A DNA stretch of 64,000 bases, from positions 148,739 to 212,738 of the forward strand of contig JASFQK010000002.1 in assembly GCA_050115495.1 (NCBI GenBank). The letters are read 5' to 3'. Position numbers and translations under genes: made by a program. This stretch comes from Phycisphaerae bacterium (GTDB lineage Bacteria > Planctomycetota > Phycisphaerae > UBA1845 > Fen-1342). Of this stretch, positions 53,160 through 63,667 are shown piece after piece (position 1 is the stretch's first letter; every line of letters starts with the position of its first letter). The notes below the pieces were generated by a model, which was given only the letters and a program-made list of their open reading frames with translations, was not told the DNA's origin and did no database searches.

Positions 53160-53897
53160 ATGGCCCCGGCAGGTACGCCGACGCCGGCGACAAACTGGAC
53201 AAAACGCCTCGACGATCTGGGCCGGACCCGCCCGGACATCGTCCTGATGGCCCCGTACATGGCCTATCTGCTCCTGCTGGGGCTGGTTGGCCTCGTGCCG
53301 CCATCCTGGGAGTGGGTCGCCACAATCATCCGGGGCGTCGGGTCGCTGACGGTCGTCTGGGTGCTGCGTAAACACCTGCCCGCCTGGGGCCGACCGCACT
53401 GGCTGCTGGCGATTGCCGCCGGCATCTTCGCCGCCTGGCTCTGGTACGTCGGCCAGTACGTATTCAACGACATCGGGCTGGGTGGACGCCTGCCGGTCTT
53501 CCCCGGCGAGAAGTCCGTCGAGGACCCGCGCGACGTCCTCGGGGCTCATACGCTGTTTCGCGCAACGGTCGCCCTGCGGATCCTCGTCGCCATCACCGCC
53601 GTTCCGATCGTCGAGGAGCTGTTCTGGCGGGCGTTCATGCTGCGGGCGCTCATCAACTGGCAGGAATTCGAGCGCGTGCCGATCGGGCGGTTCACGTGGT
53701 TCTCATTCATCGGCACGTCGCTGCTGTCCACGTTGCAGCATCCGGACAACTGGGGCGTGAGCATCTTCTGCTGGCTGCTGTTTAACGGGCTGTTCTACTG
53801 GAAACGCAGCATCCTCTTCCTCGTGATCGTTCACGCCGTCACGAACCTGGTGCTGTACATCCACGTCATACACGTCGGCGACTGGCAGTTCTGGTAG
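53160..53897 (+). CDS. CAAX prenyl protease-related (CPBP/Abi) intramembrane protease, PEP-CTERM-system-like
   Basis: PIVEELFWRAF..R, VPIG.FTW.SF, LQH, HAVTN; GGAGG RBS. Confidence 0.85.
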   Translation: MAPAGTPTPATNWTKRLDDLGRTRPDIVLMAPYMAYLLLLGLVGLVPPSWEWVATIIRGVGSLTVVWVLRKHLPAWGRPHWLLAIAAGIFAAWLWYVGQYVFNDIGLGGRLPVFPGEKSVEDPRDVLGAHTLFRATVALRILVAITAVPIVEELFWRAFMLRALINWQEFERVPIGRFTWFSFIGTSLLSTLQHPDNWGVSIFCWLLFNGLFYWKRSILFLVIVHAVTNLVLYIHVIHVGDWQFW

Positions 53898-53918
53898 ATT
53901 CTGGCGGATTCTGGCGGC

Positions 53919-54578
53919 CTACGCTTCGAAGAAGCGCGGCCCGACCCGTAGCGAGACATGCAGCGCCTTGTCGGCGACGGCGCCGATCACCCCGTGACTG
54001 ATCGCCAGCAGCGGCAGCGACGGCGCCCGCTCCCAGACGAGGGCATACCCGAGGACCATCAGCCCGCCGCCGACCATCAGCAGCGGGTTGGGCGTGTGGG
54101 CGAGGGCAAACAGGCCGGCGGTCAGCAGTGTTGCCGTGCGCGCTCCCGCCGCCTGCTTCAACCGGGGATAGATGAACCCGAACATGACGAACTGCTGGGC
54201 CAGTCCCCAGACGGGGTAAGCGGCCAGGGCCCGCCAGATATCCTGGTTCTGGCGCAACTGGCCGGTCCGCCATCCATACAGCAGTAGAAACGCAACTCCG
54301 ACCACCGTGATGAGGAGGACGGGCAGGGCGGCCCGGGAGTGGTCCCGGAGCGGTCCGAAACCGAACGACCGCCGACCGCGCGGCCCGTGCCGGACGATCG
54401 CCACGATCATGAACACAACAATGAGCACCCCGCATGCCGCGTCCAGCCAGCGGGAGCGGTCCAGCGGGGCGAGCCAGATGTAGGCCTGGGCGGCGGCGAT
54501 GGGGATGAGGGCTTCGAGCACGCAGCGCAGCCGGTGCGCGGTCGTGTCGGGGATCGCGGTCGTGGTCAGGTCTTCCAT
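53919..54578 (-). CDS. CPBP/Abi-family protein with QQ in place of the catalytic EE
   Basis: LAQQFVMFG, FALAH, HGVIG. Confidence 0.75.
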   Translation of the reverse strand: MEDLTTTAIPDTTAHRLRCVLEALIPIAAAQAYIWLAPLDRSRWLDAACGVLIVVFMIVAIVRHGPRGRRSFGFGPLRDHSRAALPVLLITVVGVAFLLLYGWRTGQLRQNQDIWRALAAYPVWGLAQQFVMFGFIYPRLKQAAGARTATLLTAGLFALAHTPNPLLMVGGGLMVLGYALVWERAPSLPLLAISHGVIGAVADKALHVSLRVGPRFFEA

Positions 54579-54869
54579 CTGCCAGGCGGCTCCGCCGACA
54601 CGCGGTCCGGTCGGTGTTTCGGATCATACGGGTCGGTCACCAGCGGCGCACACGGTCGTCGCGCGATTGCGGTCGCAGGCGGCATTCTGCCTGCTGCGCT
54701 CCGCGGGTCAAGAGAGTGAGCGCGGCGGGCATTTGCCGGCGGTGGGGACTGGTTCGAGCGAGGTTTTCGTCTATGATTCACCGATTGTCGGCGCCCCGCG
54801 CGGGGGGTGCCACGGCCCGAGAGAGCCAGCATCCATCAAGCAGTCGTCCAACACAAGGATATGGGCACG

Positions 54870-57848
54870 ATGAAGAGCAAATACGTGTATTTCTTCGGGG
54901 CGGGGCAGGCGGAAGGCAAGGGGACGGACCGCGAGCTGCTCGGCGGCAAGGGCGCCGGACTCGCTGAGATGACGAGCATCGGGTTGCCGGTACCGGCCGG
55001 GTTCACCATCGCGGTCTTGGCCTGCGCGTACTACGACGCGCACAACAAGACGTGGCCCGCCGGCATGGACAAGGAAGTGCGGGCGCAACTGGCCCGGTTG
55101 GAGAAGACCTGCGGCAAGAAGCTCGGCGACGCGAAGGACCCGCTGCTCGTTTCGGTGCGCAGCGGAGCGGCCCGCTCGATGCCCGGCATGATGGAGACGA
55201 TTCTCAACCTGGGTCTGAACGACAAGTCGGTGCGCGGCTTGGCCAAGGTGACCGACAACCCGCGCTTCGCGTGGGACGCCTACCGCCGGTTCCTCCAGAT
55301 GTACTCGACGGTCGTGGTGGGTCTGAGCAAGGAGATCCTCGAGGACAAGCTGCACCACCTGAAGCAGCGCGAAGGCGTGCAGTTCGACCACGAGCTGTCG
55401 GCCGAGGCGCTCGAGGCGTTGTGCGACGACTTCAAGGAGTTCTTCGAGGAGCAGACGGGCCACGAATTCCCGCAGGATCCGTGGGAGCAACTCGTCGGGG
55501 CGATCAACGCCGTCTTCGGCTCGTGGAACGCCGAGAAGGCGGTCACCTATCGCCGGGTTGAGAAGATCACCGACCTGAAGGGCACGGGCGTCAACGTGCA
55601 GCAGATGGTCTTCGGCAACATGGGCGACGACAGCGGGACGGGCGTGTGCTTCACGCGCGACCCGAGCACGGGTGAGAACCTGTTCTACGGCGACATGCTG
55701 ATCAACGCCCAGGGCGAGGACGTCGTGGCCGGCATTCGCACGCCGATCAAGCTGACCGAGCTCGCCGATCGCATGCCGGCGATCTACGACCAGCTTTGCG
55801 CGATGCGGACCATCCTGGAAATCAACTACGGCGAGATGCAGGATCTCGAGTTCACGTTCGAGCGGGGCAAGCTGTACATGCTGCAATGCCGGACGGGCAA
55901 GCGCACGCCGGCCGCGGCGTTCCGCATCGCCGTCGAGCAGGCCACGCTGCCGCTCATGACGCGGCAGGAGGCCAAGCGGCTGGTCAAGGCCAGGTATCTG
56001 CCGAAGAAGTACGAAGCCGCCGCCTGCAAGCCGGTCATCAGCAAGGACAAGGCCATCGCCCGCATCACGCGGGAGGATATCGAGCGTCTGTTCTACCCGG
56101 TGATCGATCCGTCCATCCCGGCCAAGCAACTCAACGCGTGCCGGATCGCCGAAGGCATCAACGCCGTCCCCGGCGCCGCCTGCGGCCGCGTCATCTTCAC
56201 CGCTCACGAAGCCGAGCAGATGGCCGAGCAGGGTGAGAACGTCATCCTGGTGCGCAAGGAGACGAGCCCCGAGGATGTCGGCGGCATGCAGGCCGCCAAG
56301 GGCATCCTGACGCAGACCGGCGGCAAGACGTCGCACGCGGCCGTCGTGGCCCGCGGCTGGGGCAAGTGCTGCATCGTCGGCTGCGGCGAGCTCGAGATCG
56401 ACTACACGACCAAGCAGATGCGCGTCGGCGGCAAGGTCGTCAAGCAGGGCGACTACGTCACGCTCGACGGCGGCGTGGGCGCCGTGTACGAGGGGCAGCT
56501 TCCGTTGCAGAGCCCGAAACCGCCGGCCGAGTACTTCACGATCATGGAGTGGGCCGACGCGCGTCGCCGGCTCGGTGTGCGCACGAACGCCGACACGCCC
56601 GAGGATTCCCGCAAGGCGGTCGAGATGGGTGCCGAGGGCATCGGCCTGTGCCGGACCGAGCACATGTTCTTCGCGACGCACGAGCGGCAACTGGCCATCC
56701 AGGAGATGATCGTCGCCGAGACGAAGGAGCAGCGCGTCGCCGCGCTCGACAAGCTGCTGCCGTACCAGCGTGAGGACTTCATCGGCATCTTCGAGGCGAT
56801 GGAAGGGCGGCCGGTGACGGTCCGCCTGCTGGATCCACCGCTGCATGAGTTCACGCCGAAGACGCCGGAGCAAGCCGAGGCGCTGGCGGCGGTCACCGGC
56901 CACACAGTCGAGCATATCCTGGCCCGTGCCGAGCAGTTGCACGAAGCCAACCCGATGCTCGGTCACCGCGGCTGCCGGTTGTGCATCACGTATCCCGAGA
57001 TTCTCGAGATGCAGGTGCGGGCCATCATGGAGGCCGCGGTCGACCTGACACGGCGCAGGCTGCCGGTGCGCCCCGAGATCATGATCCCGCTGACGATCGA
57101 CGCCAAGGAGCTGGCCATTCTGGTCGAGAGCGTGTGCGAGGTCGCCGACGGCGTGCTGAGCACCGCCGGCGTCGACGTGCCGTACCTGGTGGGCACGATG
57201 ATCGAGACGCCGCGGGCGGCGATCACCGCCGACGAGGTCGCGGAAGTGGCCGAGTTCTTCAGCTTCGGGACGAACGACCTGACGCAGATGACCATGGGGC
57301 TGTCGCGTGATGACGCCGGCCGGTTCCTGCCGGATTATTGCAGCAGCGCGCGGGCCGGCATCTTCGCCGTCGACCCGTTCCAGTCGCTAGACCAGGACGG
57401 TGTCGGGCTGCTCGTCGCCTACGCCACCGAGGTCGGCCGCGACGTGCGGCCGAAGCTGAAGGTCGGCATCTGCGGCGAGCATGGCGGCGACCCGCAGAGC
57501 GTGCGCTTCTGCCACGGCGTGGGCATGGACTACGTGAGCTGCTCGCCGTACCGCGTGCCGATCGCCCGCCTCGCCGCCGCCCAGGCCGTGATCGAGGAAG
57601 AAGCCGAAGACGGTGGCAGGAAGGCCGCCAGGCCCGCGGCGAAGAAGACGGCGAAGAAGACCGTCAAGAAGGGGGCCAAGGCGAGCAAGCCCGCCGTGAA
57701 GAAGGCCACCAAAGCGGCGAAGAAGACTGCCAAGCCGGCGGCAAAGAAGGCGGCAAAGAAGACGGTGAAGAAGGCCGCCGCGAAGAAGGCCACCAAACCG
57801 GCCGCGAAGAAGACCGCGAAGAAGGCGAGCAGGAAGGCACGCCGCTAG
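54870..57848 (+). CDS. ppdK: Pyruvate, phosphate dikinase with Lys/Ala-rich C-terminal tail
   Basis: LLGGKGAGLAEM, SVRSGA..SMPGMM, GKTSHAAVVARG (phospho-His), GLCRTEHMF, EANPMLGHRGCR, SFGTNDLTQ, CGEHGGDP. Confidence 0.97.
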   Translation: MKSKYVYFFGAGQAEGKGTDRELLGGKGAGLAEMTSIGLPVPAGFTIAVLACAYYDAHNKTWPAGMDKEVRAQLARLEKTCGKKLGDAKDPLLVSVRSGAARSMPGMMETILNLGLNDKSVRGLAKVTDNPRFAWDAYRRFLQMYSTVVVGLSKEILEDKLHHLKQREGVQFDHELSAEALEALCDDFKEFFEEQTGHEFPQDPWEQLVGAINAVFGSWNAEKAVTYRRVEKITDLKGTGVNVQQMVFGNMGDDSGTGVCFTRDPSTGENLFYGDMLINAQGEDVVAGIRTPIKLTELADRMPAIYDQLCAMRTILEINYGEMQDLEFTFERGKLYMLQCRTGKRTPAAAFRIAVEQATLPLMTRQEAKRLVKARYLPKKYEAAACKPVISKDKAIARITREDIERLFYPVIDPSIPAKQLNACRIAEGINAVPGAACGRVIFTAHEAEQMAEQGENVILVRKETSPEDVGGMQAAKGILTQTGGKTSHAAVVARGWGKCCIVGCGELEIDYTTKQMRVGGKVVKQGDYVTLDGGVGAVYEGQLPLQSPKPPAEYFTIMEWADARRRLGVRTNADTPEDSRKAVEMGAEGIGLCRTEHMFFATHERQLAIQEMIVAETKEQRVAALDKLLPYQREDFIGIFEAMEGRPVTVRLLDPPLHEFTPKTPEQAEALAAVTGHTVEHILARAEQLHEANPMLGHRGCRLCITYPEILEMQVRAIMEAAVDLTRRRLPVRPEIMIPLTIDAKELAILVESVCEVADGVLSTAGVDVPYLVGTMIETPRAAITADEVAEVAEFFSFGTNDLTQMTMGLSRDDAGRFLPDYCSSARAGIFAVDPFQSLDQDGVGLLVAYATEVGRDVRPKLKVGICGEHGGDPQSVRFCHGVGMDYVSCSPYRVPIARLAAAQAVIEEEAEDGGRKAARPAAKKTAKKTVKKGAKASKPAVKKATKAAKKTAKPAAKKAAKKTVKKAAAKKATKPAAKKTAKKASRKARR

Positions 57849-57850
57849 CC

Positions 57851-58270
57851 GCTGCGGTGTGCCACTGCTCTTGAGCAGTGCTCATCGTTTGCCGCGAGAA
57901 CGCGCGTTTGTTGGCGACCGACGGCCGACACGCGCTGCGTGCCACTGGTGGCTTGCCCACCAGTGCCGTCGTTCCTGATTGTCGGCGGCGGACGAAGAAG
58001 GAAGACAGGAATCGGAATCGCGTTATCGCGCGCGTCCGGCGGTGAACGCTGCGGTGTGCCACTGCTCTTGAGCGGTGTTCCTCGATCGCCGCGACAATGA
58101 GCGTCTTCTGGCGATCGACGGCCGACACGGAGGTCGGCCGCTACGTCGGGATTCGTGCGTCGTTCGGTGATCGACGTCGGCCACGGGGGGCCGACGCTAC
58201 GGTGCGGTGTCCGCGGCGATCGACGGTCGGCACGAGGCCGGTACGGCGTTCCGGCTCAGGGCTCAAGGCT
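57851..58270. repeat. Composite REP/BIME-like cluster with two palindrome families
   Basis: GTGCCACTGCTCTTGAGCAGTG (57859-57880, repeated near 58056); GTGCCACTGGTGGCTTGCCCACCAGTG (57939-57965); GTAG-type hairpins at 58118-58144 and 58173-58200. Confidence 0.8.
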
Positions 58271-58283
58271 TCCACAGGAGCCG

Positions 58284-60038
58284 TTGACGTTGCTCACGTG
58301 CTCGCGACGGTCAGCAGGCGGTGACAGCGACGGCGGCGGGGGCACACTACCTGGCAAGCCCGCCCCGACTGCCGTCGCCGGCGAGTGGGCCGCGCTCGTC
58401 GTGCTGCTCGCGCTCGGCCTGGTGATCGCCCTTCCGCTGCGTGGCCTGTTCCTCAAACCACACGGCGATTTCTACGGCATATGGGAGACCGGCGACGCGC
58501 TGCTGCACGGCGAGTTACCACCTTCGTTCAAGCGTGCGCCGGTCTATCCGCTGCTCGTCACCGGTACGGGTGCGTTTTTCGCCGCCGCCGGCTGCGGCGA
58601 GGTTCCGGCGCAGTCCGCCGCCGAGTGGCTGAACGCGCTGCTGCTGCCGATCAATGGGGCGCTGGTGTACTGGCTGGCGCGAGGCCGCGGCGGCTGGGCG
58701 GCCCGTTGGTCGGCGTGGTGGTTCCTGCTGTTGCCGGTGGGGATGTACTGCACGACGCACCTCCTGGTCGAACCGTTGCTGGTCACGATGATCCTGGCGA
58801 CGCTGCTGGCCGTGCAGCACGAGAGCCGTTGGGCGTGGCTGTGGGCGGCACTGGCGACGATGACCCGCTACGACGCCGCCGGGGCGCTCGCGGGCGTGCT
58901 GGTGTTGGAACTGCTGGCCCGCCGACCGGTATGGGGCGTGTTGTGGCGTGGTGCGCTGGCCGGCGCGCCGCTGGTGATCTGGCTCGCCCTGACCGCGGCG
59001 ACGTGGTCGGCTCGCGGCACCGATCACTATCTGGCCGAGATGACCGAGCGCCCGCAGTTCGCTCCGTGGCCGGCGCTGGCGGTCACGCCGACCGTCACCG
59101 GCGATCTGCCGCTGCTGCAACTGCCGTACCTGTTGCAGGGGCTGACGCCGCTGTTGCGCTACGGCGTGCAAGCCGTTCTGCTGGCCGCGGTCGCCGTGGG
59201 GCTCGTGGCGGGATTCCTGCGGCAGCGCGGCGTGCTGCTCGTTACACTGGCGATCTACGCCGGCTACACACTGGTGCACGCCCTGTTCCCGTTTCAGTTC
59301 GACCGCTTCGGCTATCCGCTGTCGTCGCTGTACCTGTTCGTGGCGGCGATCGGCGTGAACGCCGTCAGCGAGCGCTGCGCCGGCGCAACCAAAGGCCGCC
59401 CCTGGGTGGAGGTCCTGGCCGTGGCCGCGACGCTGCTGCTGGCCCTGGCGGTGATCGGCGAGGTGAAGGGCTTCCGCTACCTGGCGGCGACGCAGTACGC
59501 CTGGGTGTTGCCGCTGCCGGCGCTGCTGATGCTGGGGACGGCCAGCCTGTGGGGCGTGTCGTTGCCGCGACCGGTGCACTGGGTGCAGGCGGCGGGGCTG
59601 TTGGCGGCGTGCTTGCTCGCGCTGGCGCAATTGCGCGGCGGCGTGGTGCGCGTCTCCGCCGGCGCGAATATGGATAACGTGGTGGCAGCGGCCCGTTGGG
59701 TGCGTGACGAGGCCGAGCCGGAAGCACATGTGCTCAGCGCGACGCCCGGTTTGCTGCGCCTGTACGCGGGCCGGCGGCCGGCAGATCGCTTCCTCAGCTT
59801 CGAGGACATCGCCGCCGAAAGCTGGCCGGAAATCCTCGACGAATGCCGCCAGCGGCACGTGGCGTACATCATCTGGTACGAGGGGCTGTTCGGCGAACTG
59901 GGGGATTACTACGTCGCCCGCTGCCGGCTGACACGTTTCGCCGGACTGTCGTCGCCGGAGTCGCTGCCAGGTGTGTCGGTGGTGCGCCAATGGCAGGACA
60001 CGCCGACGTTGTGGGTTGTGCGTGTTTCGCCGGAATGA
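58284..60038 (+). CDS. Multi-pass membrane protein, GT-C/ArnT-PMT-like glycosyltransferase (start uncertain)
   Basis: GDF, KRAPVYPLL, 'LVEPL', 'LATMTRYD', 'DRFGYP'; more than 10 TMs plus a C-terminal soluble domain. Confidence 0.65.
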   Translation: MTLLTCSRRSAGGDSDGGGGTLPGKPAPTAVAGEWAALVVLLALGLVIALPLRGLFLKPHGDFYGIWETGDALLHGELPPSFKRAPVYPLLVTGTGAFFAAAGCGEVPAQSAAEWLNALLLPINGALVYWLARGRGGWAARWSAWWFLLLPVGMYCTTHLLVEPLLVTMILATLLAVQHESRWAWLWAALATMTRYDAAGALAGVLVLELLARRPVWGVLWRGALAGAPLVIWLALTAATWSARGTDHYLAEMTERPQFAPWPALAVTPTVTGDLPLLQLPYLLQGLTPLLRYGVQAVLLAAVAVGLVAGFLRQRGVLLVTLAIYAGYTLVHALFPFQFDRFGYPLSSLYLFVAAIGVNAVSERCAGATKGRPWVEVLAVAATLLLALAVIGEVKGFRYLAATQYAWVLPLPALLMLGTASLWGVSLPRPVHWVQAAGLLAACLLALAQLRGGVVRVSAGANMDNVVAAARWVRDEAEPEAHVLSATPGLLRLYAGRRPADRFLSFEDIAAESWPEILDECRQRHVAYIIWYEGLFGELGDYYVARCRLTRFAGLSSPESLPGVSVVRQWQDTPTLWVVRVSPE

Positions 60039-60053
60039 GGAGGGCCGACCGGA

Positions 60054-62294
60054 TTAACCGCCGGCGTTGTCGGCCGGTTGCGAGGCCGGGGCGGAAGCCG
60101 GCGGCGACTTGATCTTCGCAGCGCGACGCAGCAAGGCGTCGATTTCGGCGGTCACGTCGGCGGGCAGCGCCGCCGGCGGATGCGCCTGGAAGGCCTGGAG
60201 CATGGCCAGGGCCTCGTCCACGTGCTCCGCGTTCAGTCGCGACTCGATCTCGCCCTTTACCCCCGCCCATAGCGCCGGCCCGTCCAGCGGTGGGTTTCCG
60301 TTAACCAGCGCCGTCGCCACCGCCTCGTCATAGCACCCGTGGACCAGGGCGAACCGCACCAGTTCCGTGGCCACTCGCGTGATCTCCGGCGACTTCGCCG
60401 CGTGCAGATCACCGAGCGCCGCGAGATAGGCGACGACGGTCTCCTGCGGCGGCACGGACGCGGCTCGCTCGGCGGCGATCCGGGCTCGAATCCGACCGAG
60501 GTCGCCGCGGGATTCCGGCTGATCGCTCAGCGCGTTCTCGACCAGGCTCAGCAGCTCGACGATGCGAGCCGCACGGTCGGGCATGCCCGCCGGCAGCTTG
60601 GCGACCCAGCTCTCGACCTCCGCCGGCGCACGCGCCGGCAGCACGCGGCGGACGCCGGTCCAGGCCGCAGCCTGGATTGCCGCATCGGTTTCGAGCCCCG
60701 GATCGAGGCGCGACAGCAGGGCTTCGAGGTGTGCCGGGGTGGTCGCCAGCCCCGCCAGGGCCTCGACCGCCGCACGGCGGAGCGTCGTGTCCGGGTCGCG
60801 TGTGAGGGGGATGAGGTGGTCGGCGAGCTGCGGGTCCTTCAGTGCGGTGATGCCGCGCACGGCGGCGACGCGCACGGTCGTCGCTTCGCCCTCGGCCAGC
60901 GCCGCGATGAACGACGGTCCGAACTGCGGGTCGGCCAGGATGCTCATCGACCACAACACGCGCTCGCGCAGTACAGCCTGCGCCGGCTGTGATCGGGAGT
61001 ACACGGCGAGCAGCGCCTGGATCACCGCGGCTCGCTGCGCATCGGCCAGCACGCCGCGCTCGGCGAGCCGCCCCAGCGCCGCCACCGCGTCCGTCAGACA
61101 CGGGTCGTCCGGATTGGCCACGACCGCCAGCAGCAGCTCGGTGACGGTGGCGTCACCGATGTAGCCCAGCCCGTTCACCAAGGCGAGCCGCACCTTGACC
61201 ACGCGCTCCGCAGCCAGCAGTTGGCGGAAACGCTCGGCATCGGCCCCGTCGCGCAGACGAGAGACGGCCTGCACCGCGGCGGCGCGGACGTCCGGCTCGA
61301 TGTCGGCCAACAGGGCCCGCAGTTGTACCGTGATCTCCGCCGAGAGTTCCTTCCCCTCGCCCTGAAGCTGCTGCACCAGGTCGAGGCCGAGCAGCCGGAC
61401 GCGGCCGGAGGTGTCGGCGAGATAGGCCTGTAGCAGGGCCGCCCGCTTCTCCGGCTCGGTGGCGCGGACGTACTCGGCACGGAAGGCCTCGACGAGCCGG
61501 TCCTCCAACTCGTGCAGTCGGCGGGTCAGACGCCGGTCGCGTTGGATAAGGCGGTCGATCTGGGCCTGCTGCCATTCGAGCGGTTCGAGGTCGGCGTTGT
61601 CTTTCCACCAGGCGCGGGCTTCCTTGGCGTCGCCGCGGAAGTCCTTGGCCGTCACTTGTTCGAGCGCTTGCAGGGCGGGCTGACAGATGGGGTCGTTCGG
61701 GTCAGCGAGAGCGGCGACCAGGGCCTCGGCGGCCTCGCGCTTGGTCATCATGCCGAGGGCGTCGACCGCTGCCAGCCGACGGACGAATGGCTGAGCGCGG
61801 TCGAGGGTGATGCCGCGCAGGCGAGCGGCGACGCCGTGATCGCGATAGCCGGTCAGGGCGGTAGCCGCGGCACGACGCAGTTCGGCGTCGGCGTCGCCGA
61901 GCATCATCATCAACGGGTCGATGTAGGCCTCGTCGAGATATTCGGGCAGGTCGGCCAGGGCCAGGGCCACCGCCGTGCGCGCTGCCGCGTTCGTGCCGGC
62001 GAGAATGCTGGCCAGGCGCGAGATCTTCGCCGGCCAGTTCAGGCGGAGCAGCTCGCGGGCGCCCGTCTGGCGGTGGGTGGCCGGCACCTGCGGGCCTTCA
62101 ATCAGTGTGATGAGGTCGTTAATTCTCTGTTGGTCGGCGACCGGCTGGCTCGTCTGTGGCGGGGCCGGTGCGGTCGTGACCGGCTGGGACGCCGGCGCAG
62201 ACGTTGCCGGCTGGCTCATAGCGGGAGCGGTCACCCACCAGAGGGTGGCCAAGGCGAGCGCCAGTCTCCGGCTGCACTGCGTCATGGTCGCCAT
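60054..62294 (-). CDS. Secreted HEAT-repeat protein
   Basis: Signal peptide and TSAP/TSQP linker; many 'LADxxxxVRxAAxxAL' repeats. Confidence 0.85.
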   Translation of the reverse strand: MATMTQCSRRLALALATLWWVTAPAMSQPATSAPASQPVTTAPAPPQTSQPVADQQRINDLITLIEGPQVPATHRQTGARELLRLNWPAKISRLASILAGTNAAARTAVALALADLPEYLDEAYIDPLMMMLGDADAELRRAAATALTGYRDHGVAARLRGITLDRAQPFVRRLAAVDALGMMTKREAAEALVAALADPNDPICQPALQALEQVTAKDFRGDAKEARAWWKDNADLEPLEWQQAQIDRLIQRDRRLTRRLHELEDRLVEAFRAEYVRATEPEKRAALLQAYLADTSGRVRLLGLDLVQQLQGEGKELSAEITVQLRALLADIEPDVRAAAVQAVSRLRDGADAERFRQLLAAERVVKVRLALVNGLGYIGDATVTELLLAVVANPDDPCLTDAVAALGRLAERGVLADAQRAAVIQALLAVYSRSQPAQAVLRERVLWSMSILADPQFGPSFIAALAEGEATTVRVAAVRGITALKDPQLADHLIPLTRDPDTTLRRAAVEALAGLATTPAHLEALLSRLDPGLETDAAIQAAAWTGVRRVLPARAPAEVESWVAKLPAGMPDRAARIVELLSLVENALSDQPESRGDLGRIRARIAAERAASVPPQETVVAYLAALGDLHAAKSPEITRVATELVRFALVHGCYDEAVATALVNGNPPLDGPALWAGVKGEIESRLNAEHVDEALAMLQAFQAHPPAALPADVTAEIDALLRRAAKIKSPPASAPASQPADNAGG

Positions 62295-62730
62295 TTCATG
62301 TCGAGGATCCGTGCGACGGTAGACACATTATTTCATCGGGAGGTTGGGGTGTAACGTCTGATAAAAAACGCCGCACACCGCGCTACCCACGCGCCATCGC
62401 ACTCCTATTCATTATAACCGGCCCTACGATTTCCGGCGAGGGGCGGCCCCGTTCGGACGTCGATTCGTGGCCGTCGACGCGCGTCGGCAAGTATTGCGCG
62501 GGCCGGCGGCGTGCGGCGCCACGTTGGACACTGTCAACCGCGCCCCGCAGGACACCGATAAAGCTAGGGGATGCTGGGCCCGCGGTGGCTGGCCCGGCCA
62601 TTGGTGCCTGTGGTAAAATGAACCAGTGCTCGTCGGCCATGTGTTTACGGCGGGCTGATCGGTTGCCGGCGGTAGCGAGTCGCCGAGCGGCCCTGGTGAA
62701 TTGCCCCCGTCGGGGTGCGGAGGAATTCGG

Positions 62731-63654
62731 ATGAAACGAACCGCCAGCATAGCGTTGCTGCTCGTGGTGAGCTTGAGTGTCTTCACGACGCAAGCCGGGC
62801 TGTTCGAGCAGATCTACTACGGGTTGGGCATCCTGTCCACGCCGACCGGCAGCCCGATCAGCACCGGTTCCGACGGCACGCGTGTGAACGGCTCCCGCTA
62901 CGGCCGTCTGCGCATCATGCCCGAAGGGGCCGGCCAGGGATACTCGTTGGAGTTCAACCGGGTATTCGGCGTGGATAGCTTCGGCCGGCCGGAAGTGCTG
63001 GATCTCGGCGCGTACGAGCTGGAGCTGAGCGGGTCGACGCAGGCCACGCTCGGCTACACCACGCGCGGCTTCTTCATCGGCAACGCCGAGATCGCCGCCT
63101 CGAACATCAACTACAGCGTGCGGGCCAAGACCGGGGCTCAGGACGCCGAGCTCACGGGAACGTTCAACGCGCTCGGCACGCTCGAGGTCAACCAGTTCGG
63201 CTTCTACACGCTCGACCTGAACGTCGCGAACAGCGATGCGCAGCTCTACCTGGACGGCGTGCTCGTGTCGGACGATGCGGAGACCAACTACGACATCGGG
63301 CCGATCTCGGTGAAGGGCAACGTCTTCCTGGACGCGTTCATCATGCTGATGGACACGTTCGGCGCGGACACGACGGCCCTGGAGCAGCTCATGCCGAAGT
63401 CGGGCATCGGCACGATTACCGACATCATCAACGAGGACCTGCTGGGGCCGGAGCTGCTGGCCGGCGTGCAGTACACCGCCGGTGACGGGCAGTTGCCGCC
63501 TGTGTCGGATGTGCTCGGTTCGGGCGAGGACGTGCTGAGCGCGAGCCGCGCCGCGGACGCGCCCGCGGGCCCGACGTCGCTGGTTCCGGAGCCGGGTACG
63601 GTGCTGCTGGCCGCGGCCGCCGGCGCCTTGCTGTGGCGGTGGCGCCGCAACTAG
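62731..63654 (+). CDS. PEP-CTERM sorted protein
   Basis: GGAGGA RBS; signal peptide; C-terminal VPEPGT-TM-RWRRN. Confidence 0.88.
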   Translation: MKRTASIALLLVVSLSVFTTQAGLFEQIYYGLGILSTPTGSPISTGSDGTRVNGSRYGRLRIMPEGAGQGYSLEFNRVFGVDSFGRPEVLDLGAYELELSGSTQATLGYTTRGFFIGNAEIAASNINYSVRAKTGAQDAELTGTFNALGTLEVNQFGFYTLDLNVANSDAQLYLDGVLVSDDAETNYDIGPISVKGNVFLDAFIMLMDTFGADTTALEQLMPKSGIGTITDIINEDLLGPELLAGVQYTAGDGQLPPVSDVLGSGEDVLSASRAADAPAGPTSLVPEPGTVLLAAAAGALLWRWRRN

Positions 63655-63667
63655 CCCGCGTCTCAGT

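Noticed and set aside
57851..58270. Repeated palindromes as a CRISPR array
   Set aside because: The repeats are heterogeneous, irregularly spaced and dispersed at other intergenic sites, and there are no cas genes. They fit REP elements.
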